This document shows positions 11,505-23,300 of a DNA stretch of 64,000 bases, piece by piece. This stretch comes from Oopsacas minuta (lineage: Eukaryota > Animalia > Porifera): the NCBI GenBank assembly GCA_024704765.1, contig JAKMXF010000210.1, positions 434,001 through 498,000 of the forward strand, read 5' to 3'. The notes under the pieces were generated by a model. The model saw only the letters and a program-made list of their open reading frames with translations, had not been told where the DNA came from and made no database searches. Each line of letters opens with the position of its first letter. Position 1 is the first letter of the stretch. The position numbers were made by a program, and so were the translations under genes.

Positions 11505-13302
11505 ATGTCAATAATAGCCTCTGATGTAAATGCTATTCTTAAATATTCTTTAAACGCAATCAATCCTTATCAGCTTTTGAGATCAGCACTACTTTACCAG
11601 AGTGATAACACGTTATGTGTACAAGGTAGAGCATACAAGTTACGTAATAATGTTAAGTTAATCGCAGCTGGTAAAGCTGTTGGAGGGATGGTACGGGCTG
11701 TACAGGACCTTATCGGAGACCATGTTATCAAGGGTGTTGTATCTCTCCCCCTTGGTTACACGGATACCTTCAAAAACAGAAAGGATTTATACCCACTCCC
11801 TTCTCCTAAGGTATCCTAATACGTATTTTAATTACTTTTATCTGTAATATAAGAATGTTCTAAATTTACTTTGTTCTATCTTTGGAACAGATATTATTAC
11901 AATATCCATAAGGTATATGTGTAAATTGATATACTCAAGTCGTCATTTTCTAGGTGAATATATTTGAAGGAGGTAAGGATAATCTTCCAGATGAGCAGTC
12001 TCTCACTGCTTCTCGGGCTATTTATCAATTAGCAGACGGGGCTAGTATTGACGAGCTAATCATAGTATTGTTAAGTGGGGGTGCTTCTACACTGACGTCA
12101 CTACCTATTAGTGGTCTATCTATTGGTAAGATTTATTTATTTTTCATTTGAATGATTTAAGTTTCTATTCTTATTTCAGATAACAAGCGGTTTATTTGCT
12201 CCTCGTTAAGTCAGAGAGGAGCATCAATTAACGAGCTGAATACAGTCAGGAAGCATGTGTCTCTGCTAAAAGGAGGAAAGTTAGTCCAGCTCTGTCAGCC
12301 TGCTGAGGTAGGCACTTGGTTTATTTTCTAGAATTTTTTACTTGATTAGCCTAATTCTTCTAGGTTTTAACACTTATTCTGTCTGACGTCATTAATGATC
12401 CTCTTGACATTATAGCTTCAGGTCCTTGTTATCCTGATTCTTCTACTGGGGCTGAATTCTTAGCGATATTGCATAAGTACGAAATCACGAGTTTAATTTC
12501 CCGATCAATAATTGATTCTATATTGCAGACATCAAGTTATAGGTATCCTCCTTTAGTGTCCACTCCCCAGCATGTAATTGTAGGAAATAATAAGTTAGCC
12601 CTAGATGGTGCAATGGAATATGCAATAAAATTAGGTTATGATGGCTTTATTTGGTCTAGCAAGGTCAGCGGAAGTGTAGTAGAGGTAGCTTCCTTCTATG
12701 CAGCTTTTATTCTACACTCAGTTCTATGTATTTTTCCTCATGATAAGATTGGGTTGAAACATGAAGCTATGGAACGTTGTCTAAAGGTTCTAGGAATATC
12801 ATCTACTGAGGATAGCATAACAATACAGAGTTTATACGAATCGTATCATGAAATACTGACTAGTGTAAGTTCTGAGAAGGTGTGTTTATTGAGTGGAGGG
12901 GAACCTGTAGTTAAAGTGAAGGGAGACGGTAAAGGAGGACGTAATCAGGAGTTGTCGCTTAGAGTAGGAATCAATTTAGATTTGATTTACGACAACTTTA
13001 GTTGTATTCTAGATGGGATTGTTAACTTGGAAAAGTTTCGCGAATTTTGGGATTTGATTTCTATAGAGTTTGCTAGTGTTGGTACTGATGGCCAGGATGG
13101 TCCTACCCCAGTTGCAGGTGCTAAATTATCTCAGAAATTCATGAGAGATAATGAGAAATATCGCGATTTTATTCACTCGTCACTTTCTCGAAATGATTCA
13201 TTTACTCTCTTCTCTAAACTAGGTTATGAACAATACCTCATCCACACTGAGCTTACTGGAACAAATGTAATGGACATTCACTTAATATTAATTTCTGTTT
13301 GA
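11505..13302 (+). CDS. GLYCTK: Glycerate kinase (MOFRL family), 4 exons
   Basis: Exons 11505..11810, 11954..12125, 12180..12307, 12364..13302 (all GT-AG, in phase, 514 aa). Motifs AAGKA, LLSGGAS, ELNTVRKHVS.LKGG, SDVINDPLDIIASGP, GGRNQEL, GTDGQDGPT, TGTNVMD. Confidence 0.93.
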
Positions 13303-13545
13303 TATACGTTGACTGCCAAAAATGATTTATTTACCATGATTTTGCCCTTACTGCCACCACGGCCATGTACCTTAGCTCAAATCTAGATTTTGTCTACTTA
13401 GTCATTTTGGCTAATAATCCTTTTTCTAAGTTGCTCATTTTCAAAATTTTAAGATTTTATCCATTAATTATAATCTTTTCACATTCCATATCTTATCAAT
13501 GTAATGTGCATATTTATTAACTCATACTAGAAATTGTAGATTTAA

Positions 13546-16500
13546 ATGGCATCAAAATCTAATGATATTCAGAATTTATTGGAAGAGACTGGACTTTTGA
13601 AAGTAAAAGAAAAGTTATCAGACCTCGGTATTGAAGAGCTGACTGATATGCAATACTTACAGCAAGAAGACTGGGATTCTCTAGGCTTAACTAAAATAGA
13701 ACTCAACAAACTTAAATTTCATCTGAATAAGGAGGATAACCCAGAACCTCCTGTCACTGATTCTGAAATATCAGTTGTGCCTAAGCTAGCCTCTGGTGAG
13801 GGTTTAATCTATTATATAATATATAGCACATTGATACCAAAACAAGGTCAAGTTAAGCTGAATTTGGATGAGACATCATTCGACGGCCTCGTGTCAGCTA
13901 TTTCAGCACAAGAACAGCTCCCTGATGGTGTGACTGTTGAGCTATATGCTCCACAAGGGTATCCCCTCGCGCCCGATTCATTTGCTTATGGAAAAACACT
14001 TCGCTACTGGCAGATAGACAATGGTTCTCTCGTTCTAGCTATCCCAAGGAAGAATCTAATGATGTCTGAATCTGGACTCCCGGGACTTGACCCGACAGAA
14101 GGTGCCTCTCAGATTTTCGTGAAACACAACAAGACTAGTGTTATTCGAGTTGATATCACTAAAGATAATGGAAAGACTCTTCGACAGAAAATCTCTAAAA
14201 AATTGGATATTCCTACCCCATGTATTAAGCTCAGCTATGGAGGTACATTAGTTCGTTCTAGCGATGCTAAACTATCTTCTTATAATATACAGGAAAACAG
14301 TACCATACAGATGTGGACATACGGTGTATCATGGGCAACCTCATGGAGAAATAACTTCACCAACAAATCATGTCTTCCTCTTTTCGAGCAGTCAGAAGAT
14401 TCTTTGACTTGTTTCAACTCTGCTCTCTACTGTGCGGCAATGAAGATGTGTAAGGCCAAGCAAGAAGACATTGAGAAAGTTCTAGGTCACATTAGACGCT
14501 TGGTTAGGTGCCCTCCTCTCATTGATTCGCTAAACAAACTGTTCAAAAACGAAGGTCTTCTATTCTCACATAAAGTTGCTATCCAAGAAATTCTCTACCA
14601 TCTCTTCAAACAGCTGTTAACCTCTACTAATGGATTACCTACTGATGTGTCTATAGATGATAAAGAGATACTTACCAGCTCTCCTACTCTATTCGCTTAT
14701 CTCATTTCTGAAGCTAAGAGCACAGATAAAGAAACTGAAAACTTTAAAGAATTTGATTTACTCTGCTCACTCTCTAATCTCCGTGTGGAGGACCCTGTTC
14801 TCATCCCTGGTTCTAGTCTACCATTTGACAGAGAATCTGTATTGGATAAGATTAGAGACGCAGAGCCAATTCCCAGTTGTGCTCTTGACGATTTGACTGA
14901 AGCAGACTTGCATCCAGACTTAGTACGAAAGAATCTACTATTATCATTCACATCTGATTCTGCTTACATCTGGCAGGGTAAGTGTACTAGTGATGACTTA
15001 GCAAAAGGTTATAGCAATCCAGTAGTGACATGTAGTTGGTCTGAACTCACAAACAAACGGAAAGCCCTTAAGTACTTGGAAGTATTGAAACCTCTTGAGT
15101 TAAAAACACACTCTAGCAATCCATATGTGCTCACTCTTAACTCAAACAAGACTGTTGTAGTATATGTAGAGAGAGAGGCCTGTGCTGCTACTAGTCGCGA
15201 TTACGTGTTATTTAATCCACAGCTGGGTTCCACTGAGAGTATTGATCCTGATGAATTAGCTAGAATCCTATACGGTACTGTCACTAAGGCTAAAACACAG
15301 TATACTGGAGGTGGTTATAAAGAAGAACAAATAGATTTATCAACAATACATCTACAAGATCCTGTGGTTACACGTAGGCCAGAGGAAGCTATCATTGTAC
15401 TTATTGATATCAGTGGATCAATGAATGGAAATTGGGACAGTGGAGTAACTCGTCTCGGCGCTGTTAAACAGTTGTTCCATGCCTTTGCGAACCGTACCAT
15501 GGCTTATAACCTATTTCATGTAGTTGGTCTTACTGTATTCGATTCCACTATTACATGTGTTTCAAAGGTAACTGAATTATTTGAAGAGTTTAAGGAGTAT
15601 GTAGATGCTCTATACACACGTGGTAGTACATCTCTCTATCAGGCTATTAATGATGGTATTACACAATTGATAGAATTCACTACTACACATCCTAGCGTTA
15701 TATCATCTGGTGGTAGTGGTATAGTTCCAGAGGGTGCTTCAAGAGGTGCTACTGGTTCCTCCGCTCCTAGCGAAGGTCTCTTTTCTAAATTGTTCCGATT
15801 AGGCAGCTCTGCATCCAAACAACCAGAGAAGACCCCAGCTGTTCCTGATACCACCGCTACTACTGATAGTAGTCCTAAGGTTCCTCCTATCAGGAGACGT
15901 ATAATTTGCCTAACTGATGGACATGATAATGCATCCAAGGTTCGTCCGCTTGAAGTTATTAATCGCTGTCTTAGAGAAGAAATTGTTGTAGACTCATTTG
16001 TAATAGGAGATGGTAATGACAATATGAAAGCTATCTCTCACGCTACAGGGGGGTGTAGCTTCCTACCCAATGAAATAGCTGCTGCTCTCAAGCTATTTGA
16101 GATGGAAGGAGTACTCAGTATGTCCCGTCGTGACGTCAAACCTGCCCGCGGGCCAATACAGGAACAGAAATTACAAGAATTTATGAGAGGAGATTACGAT
16201 AATGAGCCAGATACTCAAATGCCATTTGAAATGTGTAAAAAAGTTATTTCAGCAAAAGCTTATCTTGCCAAACAAGCTACAGCATCAGCTTCAAATATTG
16301 GTCGTGCTTCCAAACGTATAATGGCAGAACTTGCTAAAATCCAGAAAGATCCTCATGGAAGTATCGAGATCTATCCTTCAGAAGATGATATCTCTTTCTG
16401 GAGGCTTTTGGTCACGGGTCCTGAGTTCACAGCCTACGAGAACTGTGTGTTCCTTCTATATGTGAAGTTCCTCGAGGGTTACCCTATGTCTCCTCCAGAA

Positions 16501-17049
16501 GTGCGGTTTATTACACCTATTTATCACTGTAATATCAATCACAGTGGTCGCATATGTCATAGTGTATTCGGTCGTAATTATTCCAGTGATTTGTCTTTGC
16601 GTGAGATTTTGGACTGTATGTATGGATTACTATTAGAACCTGAGCCTAATGATCCACTTGATAGTAACATGGCTGAGCAGTACTTCTCAGAGAGAGAGAC
16701 GTATAATCAGAAAGCTAAGAAGATGGCACAACAACACGCTAGCAAGAGTATAGCTGATTGGAGGAAAGAATTGTTAGGTGCTGTTGTGACAGACTCTGAG
16801 ATTGGACAAGTTCCTAAAGAGCTGATATGTACACTTTGTGGAGAGATGTTCACTGATCCCGTCAAAACGCCTTATGGGGACACTTACGAACGGATGGCAA
16901 TCGAGAATCATCTTGATTCAGTTCAGACAGATCCCAAAACAGGACAACCTCTAAAGAAAGAACAGCTAATTGAAAATATTGAGATGAAAGAGAAAGTCAG
17001 GCTTCATCAGGAAGCTAACGTAGTTCCCAAAGGATGGTGGGATAAATAG
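13546..17049 (+). CDS. Multidomain E2/E3 fusion: SAM - UBL(s) - U-box-like - VWA - UBC - U-box
   Basis: Single 1167-aa ORF. VWA MIDAS IDISGSM; E2 core YPMSPPEVRFITPIYHCNINHSGRIC; C-terminal U-box VPKELICTLCGEMFTDPVKTPYGDTYER; ubiquitin-like IFVKHNKT...SYNIQENSTI; N-terminal SAM-like helix bundle. Confidence 0.85.
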   Translation: MASKSNDIQNLLEETGLLKVKEKLSDLGIEELTDMQYLQQEDWDSLGLTKIELNKLKFHLNKEDNPEPPVTDSEISVVPKLASGEGLIYYIIYSTLIPKQGQVKLNLDETSFDGLVSAISAQEQLPDGVTVELYAPQGYPLAPDSFAYGKTLRYWQIDNGSLVLAIPRKNLMMSESGLPGLDPTEGASQIFVKHNKTSVIRVDITKDNGKTLRQKISKKLDIPTPCIKLSYGGTLVRSSDAKLSSYNIQENSTIQMWTYGVSWATSWRNNFTNKSCLPLFEQSEDSLTCFNSALYCAAMKMCKAKQEDIEKVLGHIRRLVRCPPLIDSLNKLFKNEGLLFSHKVAIQEILYHLFKQLLTSTNGLPTDVSIDDKEILTSSPTLFAYLISEAKSTDKETENFKEFDLLCSLSNLRVEDPVLIPGSSLPFDRESVLDKIRDAEPIPSCALDDLTEADLHPDLVRKNLLLSFTSDSAYIWQGKCTSDDLAKGYSNPVVTCSWSELTNKRKALKYLEVLKPLELKTHSSNPYVLTLNSNKTVVVYVEREACAATSRDYVLFNPQLGSTESIDPDELARILYGTVTKAKTQYTGGGYKEEQIDLSTIHLQDPVVTRRPEEAIIVLIDISGSMNGNWDSGVTRLGAVKQLFHAFANRTMAYNLFHVVGLTVFDSTITCVSKVTELFEEFKEYVDALYTRGSTSLYQAINDGITQLIEFTTTHPSVISSGGSGIVPEGASRGATGSSAPSEGLFSKLFRLGSSASKQPEKTPAVPDTTATTDSSPKVPPIRRRIICLTDGHDNASKVRPLEVINRCLREEIVVDSFVIGDGNDNMKAISHATGGCSFLPNEIAAALKLFEMEGVLSMSRRDVKPARGPIQEQKLQEFMRGDYDNEPDTQMPFEMCKKVISAKAYLAKQATASASNIGRASKRIMAELAKIQKDPHGSIEIYPSEDDISFWRLLVTGPEFTAYENCVFLLYVKFLEGYPMSPPEVRFITPIYHCNINHSGRICHSVFGRNYSSDLSLREILDCMYGLLLEPEPNDPLDSNMAEQYFSERETYNQKAKKMAQQHASKSIADWRKELLGAVVTDSEIGQVPKELICTLCGEMFTDPVKTPYGDTYERMAIENHLDSVQTDPKTGQPLKKEQLIENIEMKEKVRLHQEANVVPKGWWDK

Positions 17050-17306
17050 AAATGTTATTCTTGCATGTTTTACTTTTAGTTTCCAAAGTTCATCGAATTA
17101 GTATTTTCCATTCCTTGTATTGAAAGATATTTACAGAGTGTGTACACATATTTACCAATTTCCTTCTATCTATTTCCATTTATTCGATTACCTAACTACA
17201 AACATTGTGTATCCTGTATTCTTTATTATGTAATAATATTGTTATGATTCAGCTCACAAAGGACTGAAGTTAGGAACTGTATCTCAAAATCAACAGTAAT
17301 TCCCTG

Positions 17307-20300
17307 ATGTATTTCAAAGTTATTTGTGCTACTCTGGTCTGCTCTACTATCGTCCTAATTGGTTTCCTAAGAGTTCATCGTAGGTCCTAATTCTAATTTG
17401 ATTTATTTTGATAAATACTTTTATGTGTGGTTAATTTGAATAGGTTGGAACTGGTTACGAATCAAAAGACCTAAAGAAGAGGCAATAGAAACTACACTAC
17501 CCATCTCTCGCACAAATACACCTCCCATAGACCAGACAGAAGAAGTGAAAGCTAAGCCGATGTTATGCCCTGGTCCCAGTACACAACATCTACAACATGA
17601 TGGAGTTGATGTGTATGTGATATCTAGCATGACAGAGTGCGAGGAAATACTCTCCAGTATTCCAAGACAGAATCTCTGTCTCTTAGGATTTGATTGTGAA
17701 TGGGCTCAGTCTTATCATTTAGATGAAATAGTACAAGCAGCACGAGGAGATTGTCTCTCAGCCTTCGTTTATCCTATAGCTTTAATTCAAATAGCAACTA
17801 TGGATTCTAGATGTTATCTTATCAGACTATCTCAGATGCAGAATCAAATTCCACCATCACTTGTGGACATCTTACTAGATGAAAAGTTAGGCAATGTGTT
17901 GAATAGATTGCTTACCCATAATTTAATTGTTGTTTTTATTTCTAGATGCCTTAAGTTTGGTGTCAGCTCTTTAAACGATTTGAATCGTATTAAGAATCAT
18001 TATCTCATACATCCAAAGGGTGCTGTCGATCTGAGACACCTTGCATACCACAGGATGATAGGGTAGGAATTAATTACATTTATTTGTACCAATAATAATT
18101 AATTAATTATGAATACAACAATTTGAGGAAAAACGGAAAAGTATACACTGGAATTTAACGATTGTCTACTTTGTAGTTTTTCCTGAATTTATCATCGAAA
18201 ATTCAAAAAAAGATTAGTAATTAATCATACTGTAATTAGATACATCTGTTGTTATCCATACTCTCTACAGAGCCCTATTATAGATTCAGTTTTATTATCT
18301 TTTGAGTATTTATTACTGAAATGAGAGCGATTATTTTCGTTATTTGTTTGTCTATTCTCGCGGCTAATTGCCAGAAGGTGGACATCCACATAGCTGGAAT
18401 CTATCCCGCAAATGGTAGTTGGTCTGCTCCTAATATTCCAATATCTGTACGCCTTGCTCTAGAACACATTAACTCAAACAATGTAGTACCTGGCTATACT
18501 CTTAGGATTGATCTTGAGAATAGTCAGTGTAAGAATACGATAGGATTAAGTAGATTATTTCATTTTATTCAGAACCCTAACTACACTTACGTATCTCTGT
18601 TTGGGGATGGTTGTTCGGTAGTTACTGGAGCTGTAGCAGAGATTAGCTATCTATACGGTCTTGTTTCTGTTGCATTTGCTTCGACCTCTCCTTCTCTTGC
18701 GAACACAGAGCGATATCCAACGCTGATACGTAGCCGACCTTCTGAATCCAGCACTATTCCAGCTAGATTGCGATTTATTACAGAGAATGGATGGAAACGA
18801 ATTGCAATAATTAATCAACAGGAAGATCTGTTCGTCTCGACTAGTCATGAGCTTCAAAAACTTCTCAATATTGATAGTGTGCACTATCGTATCGAAATCA
18901 TTGATCCTAAGGGACCAAATCTTCTAGAACAGTTACAAGGAGCATTAGCTCTCATAGAGAAAGAAGGTTATCGTATTATAGTAGCAAACATGTATCAAAC
19001 TCTAGCTGTTCAGTTGTTATGCATTATGAAATCCTCTGGTTTGCAACCTCCATTAGTGACGTGGATATTTCCAGGTTGGTATACAGATAGCTGGTACGAT
19101 AGTCCTGTACAACTTTCCAACATTACTTGTACTCCAGAAGAGATCAAACGCTTGTCTAATGGGTCTCTAGCTTTCTATGCTGGTCCGAGGTTTGTAGATT
19201 TCAATGCTGAGAATAGCACTACAATTTCTGGCTACACTGCTGAACAGCTGTTTGCCGAATACAGCGAGAGAGTTGAGAAAGAATCGAACACTTCACCTAA
19301 CCCTACCTTCATAGAAACAGCTTATGCTTACGATTCTATGTGGATGATAGCTCAGGGTCTTAGTAAGATTGCTTTAGCTTATGACCTTACTAAGCACCCG
19401 TCTGAATATGCTAATGATCTGTATAACAATATTACTTCTCTAAGTTTTATCGGATGGAGTGGAGAGATTTCTTTTGTTGGACATCAGCGAGTGGAACGCA
19501 GAGTTCAGCTTCTGGAATTTGTGAATGGAAAACTTGAGTATCGCGGCCTGTTCGATAATGTTCCTGTTCACGAATCTGATTACATACAAACTGATGATAT
19601 AACTTATAATGAAATTTATCCTTTCACTGTATGGAGTCCTGATAAAGCATCTGATGGAATTGAGATTCACTTTGTAGATATTTGGATTGTTGTTGTTGTC
19701 TTTATCTCTGCAGTCATGTCCTCAATATATGTTAGTATTGTGATTATTGTGATACTGGTTGGTATTGCTAAAAAGCTGAAGGCTGTAACCACCTCACAAC
19801 CATGGATAACAATCTTGATAACTTCTGGCAACTATTTTGTGTTCATTTTGGCAATTGTCTTTGTGATAGATGGTCGTATCTTAGGAATAGGTAGCAAAAA
19901 GAATGAACAAGCTTGCTACTTCATCTGTCATTTGAGAATCTGGCTAGGAAGTGTGTGGGTGAGTACAACTTTTGGAGGGATACTTGTAAAATCTCTCCGA
20001 TATTATATAATTGCGATAAAAAATAGGTTTGAGTATCGACGGGAATTAAGCACGAAATACATACTTATCTTCCCTCTACTACTCGTTGGTATAGATACGA
20101 TTTTCGTGTTAATCCTAAGATTAGTGCAGCCTGTCACGTTTATGGAAAGCGAAGTCTCTTCTGGTAAAATAAACCCACCTATCTATCAGATAAGTGAGTG
20201 TGGTATCGAAATGGGAAATAGCTATATCGTAATTTTGATAATTCTCGTACTGTTTAAGGTATTGTTGATGTTACTTAGCATATTAATGGCTTACAACATT

Positions 20301-23300
20301 AGGAATATTGTGAATAAGAATCAACGCTTTTCTGCCATAGTTTCATGGGTTACATATAACGGAACTGTATTTGTGATAACTGTAAGTCTAATTTATTCAT
20401 TCGTTTCTGATGTCAACATTAAGTATCCTCTATGTGCTATCGCTATTCTTGTTGGGGGGTTAATTACTGCTTCTATCATTTCTGCTCCCACGCTCCACTA
20501 CATGAGGGTTGATCCGAATTACATCGAGGGTGCGCACACTGGGGCTACGGACGCGTTTCCCGAAGATATTCAGATATTGCGTAAGAGGATTGAAGCTCTT
20601 GAGAGAGACAAGAATAATCTGGAGCACAGACTAGTGAAGAGGCTCAGTAGATCTATTCCTAACGTTATTATGGAAGATGAAATGATGCGTTCAACTGAGC
20701 TAATCTTGCAAGATTCATCCTCAATCCATTAATTTTTGAATATTTAGCATTTTCTTATATATAATTATCCATTTTTTGATTTTTCTCCATTCATTGAGAG
20801 AAATAATTAATTTTCCTTTAATATTATTTACAATTTAATATTTTTCTTAGTCAACGACTTGGTTTACAAGGATTAAGCAAACATTTTCTTGGAATTGAAT
20901 TGAATAAAGATCCACAATTACAAAGAAGTAACTGGCAGTCTCAAAACCTTACATTTCAACAGGTAGAAACTTATATACTTGGGTAGTTTTCAAATAATTT
21001 AAGTTACTTTCTTATAGATAAAGTACGCTTCAATAGATGCTAAGGTATCTCTGGATATTCTCTTCGCTATCCTCCAAATAATCTGCAAAGAACGTTCCAT
21101 TCCACAAGCAGTACAATGTCCGAGTATATCCTCAGAATTTATCGATCTGGTATTTGATATATGCGGTCCTTTAATTGATATTCCTTTTGGCGGGGGAAGT
21201 AGCAAGACTCAACAGAGACAGCGCAATAATTCTGGTAGTATTCACTCTATTAGGAGCAGAAATAGAACTAGGAATAGAATTAAATTACCTTATAATACAA
21301 ATCAGAATTTTACCCCAAACTAAAATTAACGACATGATCACTTGCAATATTATTAATATCCAATCCTTACAGATTTAGCTTGCAATCTTTCTCGTATTTG
21401 GGCTTAAATTCAATTATTTCATAAAATACGTAGTTTTCCTATCGAGTACTAGCTTGTTAGAACAATGGCCACCTCTACCAGTGCGTTATTACCATTAGAA
21501 CTGATCGACAAATGTATTGGCTCTAAGATTCACATTCTTCTAAAGAATGATAAAGAAATAGTCGGCACACTGCTCGGATTCGATGATTTTGTCAATATGG
21601 TATTGGAAGACGTGACTGAGTATGAAATGACGCCAGAGGGCAGACGGATAACTATGTTAGAGCAAATCCTGCTTAATGGTAATAGTATTACCATGATGAT
21701 ACCTGGAGGGGAAGGACCTTCTGTTCAGAGCTAGATTTCCGTTATTTTCTATTAATAAACTACATAGCTTTTCCACAGAGATTCATATTTTTTGGGTCGA
21801 GTTTAATTTAGTAATTTCTAGGAATGAGGGCAAAATTGATTTAACTGTTGAGTCACTGTTAGTTCAATTGTGACTTCAAATGTCTGATATACCTGATGCA
21901 AATGTAACTGATCTGAACTCATTTCTACTTTCACCCTTGTTATACTCCTACCAGCTGAATGACAGTATGAAAAGACGTGTTATTAAACATTTTGAGAGTA
22001 TTGAACTTCCAAATGACAAAATTGGACAGTTCCGTCTAGAATGGGAAAAATTAGCAAATACTCATTATACAAACTTGAAATCAGAATTATTGTCTGAAAT
22101 AGCGCTGAGTAAACTTGAAAGTCTAGATCCAGAATTTAATCAAGAACTTGAAAAGTTTACACAAACTGAATCTGGAGACTCAAAAGTTTCCAGAATAGAA
22201 GAGACAATTAATGAATTATGTTACAAAAATGAATTTGAGCTCAAGTCTAAACTGTTGAGTTCTTTGAAAGTTTTGAATGAGAAGTTAACCGAAAAATGCG
22301 ACCAGATTGAAGAAAGAGTTCTTAAAGAGCAACAAGCAATATCTACTCTATATGAAACAGTAAAACAAAACATGAAATAACTGTCCTTATTATCTTAAAA
22401 CAATCTCTTATATTTACAAAAAGTTCCATAAATATTGGCTAGTGATTTGTTAACATTCAATATTTGCTATTTATCAATTTATATCTGGTTTAATCTATTA
22501 GGTGTAATCACTGCAGACTCGCCTAGGGTTAAGAATATAACCACTCCATATGTAACAAGGAAAAGAGCCCTGTATGAGAATTGCCGGCTCTTGGCACCAG
22601 ACAATGAGCTCCTCTCTTTAATAGATACAAGAAAGGCTAATTGGTATTTTGAGAGAGACTTGGCTGGTGAGTTACAACTACGATAGTTATTTTATTAATT
22701 TATTAATTTCACTATTTATAGAACTTGTCAGCGAGGAACCTTATGTAGTCAGGTTAAAGTTTGAACCAAAGACTCGTCCTGAGAAGGGAAATATAGATAA
22801 GCTATACTATCAAGCTGAAAAACAGAATATTTGTGTAGTTTGTGGGTCCAAAGATGGTAACGGAATCAGGAAGAAAATCGTTCCAGCTGAATACAGGAAG
22901 TGAGTTTAATAATTTGGCTAAATTTAAAGTATATTAAATTACTTAACGGAAGATATAGCTGGACAAATATTTTGTATTTCTCTCTCAACCTTGTTAGACC
23001 ATAGCTTCAGTATTTCTGCAGGGCCATACCGCCATAGATTTATCATGAATGCTGGCTCCAGGTTTTCAACTGCATGTACCCATCCTCTGGGTAGATACAG
23101 GACTTCTCCAGGGTTCAAGGTAACTTGGATTGGATTGGCCTTTAGGAGGAGTGGGAATTTTGTTTTATCGAGTTTTTCCAATGTCTCTAACGCACTGCTC
23201 CATTCTAACGAGCCCTTAGCACTGACCATATATAAGAAAGGATGGTCTTGGGGCGAGAACAATGTCCATCTTTTCCTTCCAATCATCTGATACACGAAGT

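Noticed and set aside
17545-18066. Stand-alone 173-aa exonuclease ORF
   Set aside because: It is EXD2 exons 2-3 read through a stop-free 60-nt intron.
20999-21378. ORF-track entries 20999..21205 (-) and 21175..21378 (+)
   Set aside because: Antisense or out-of-frame shadows of EXD2 exon 5.
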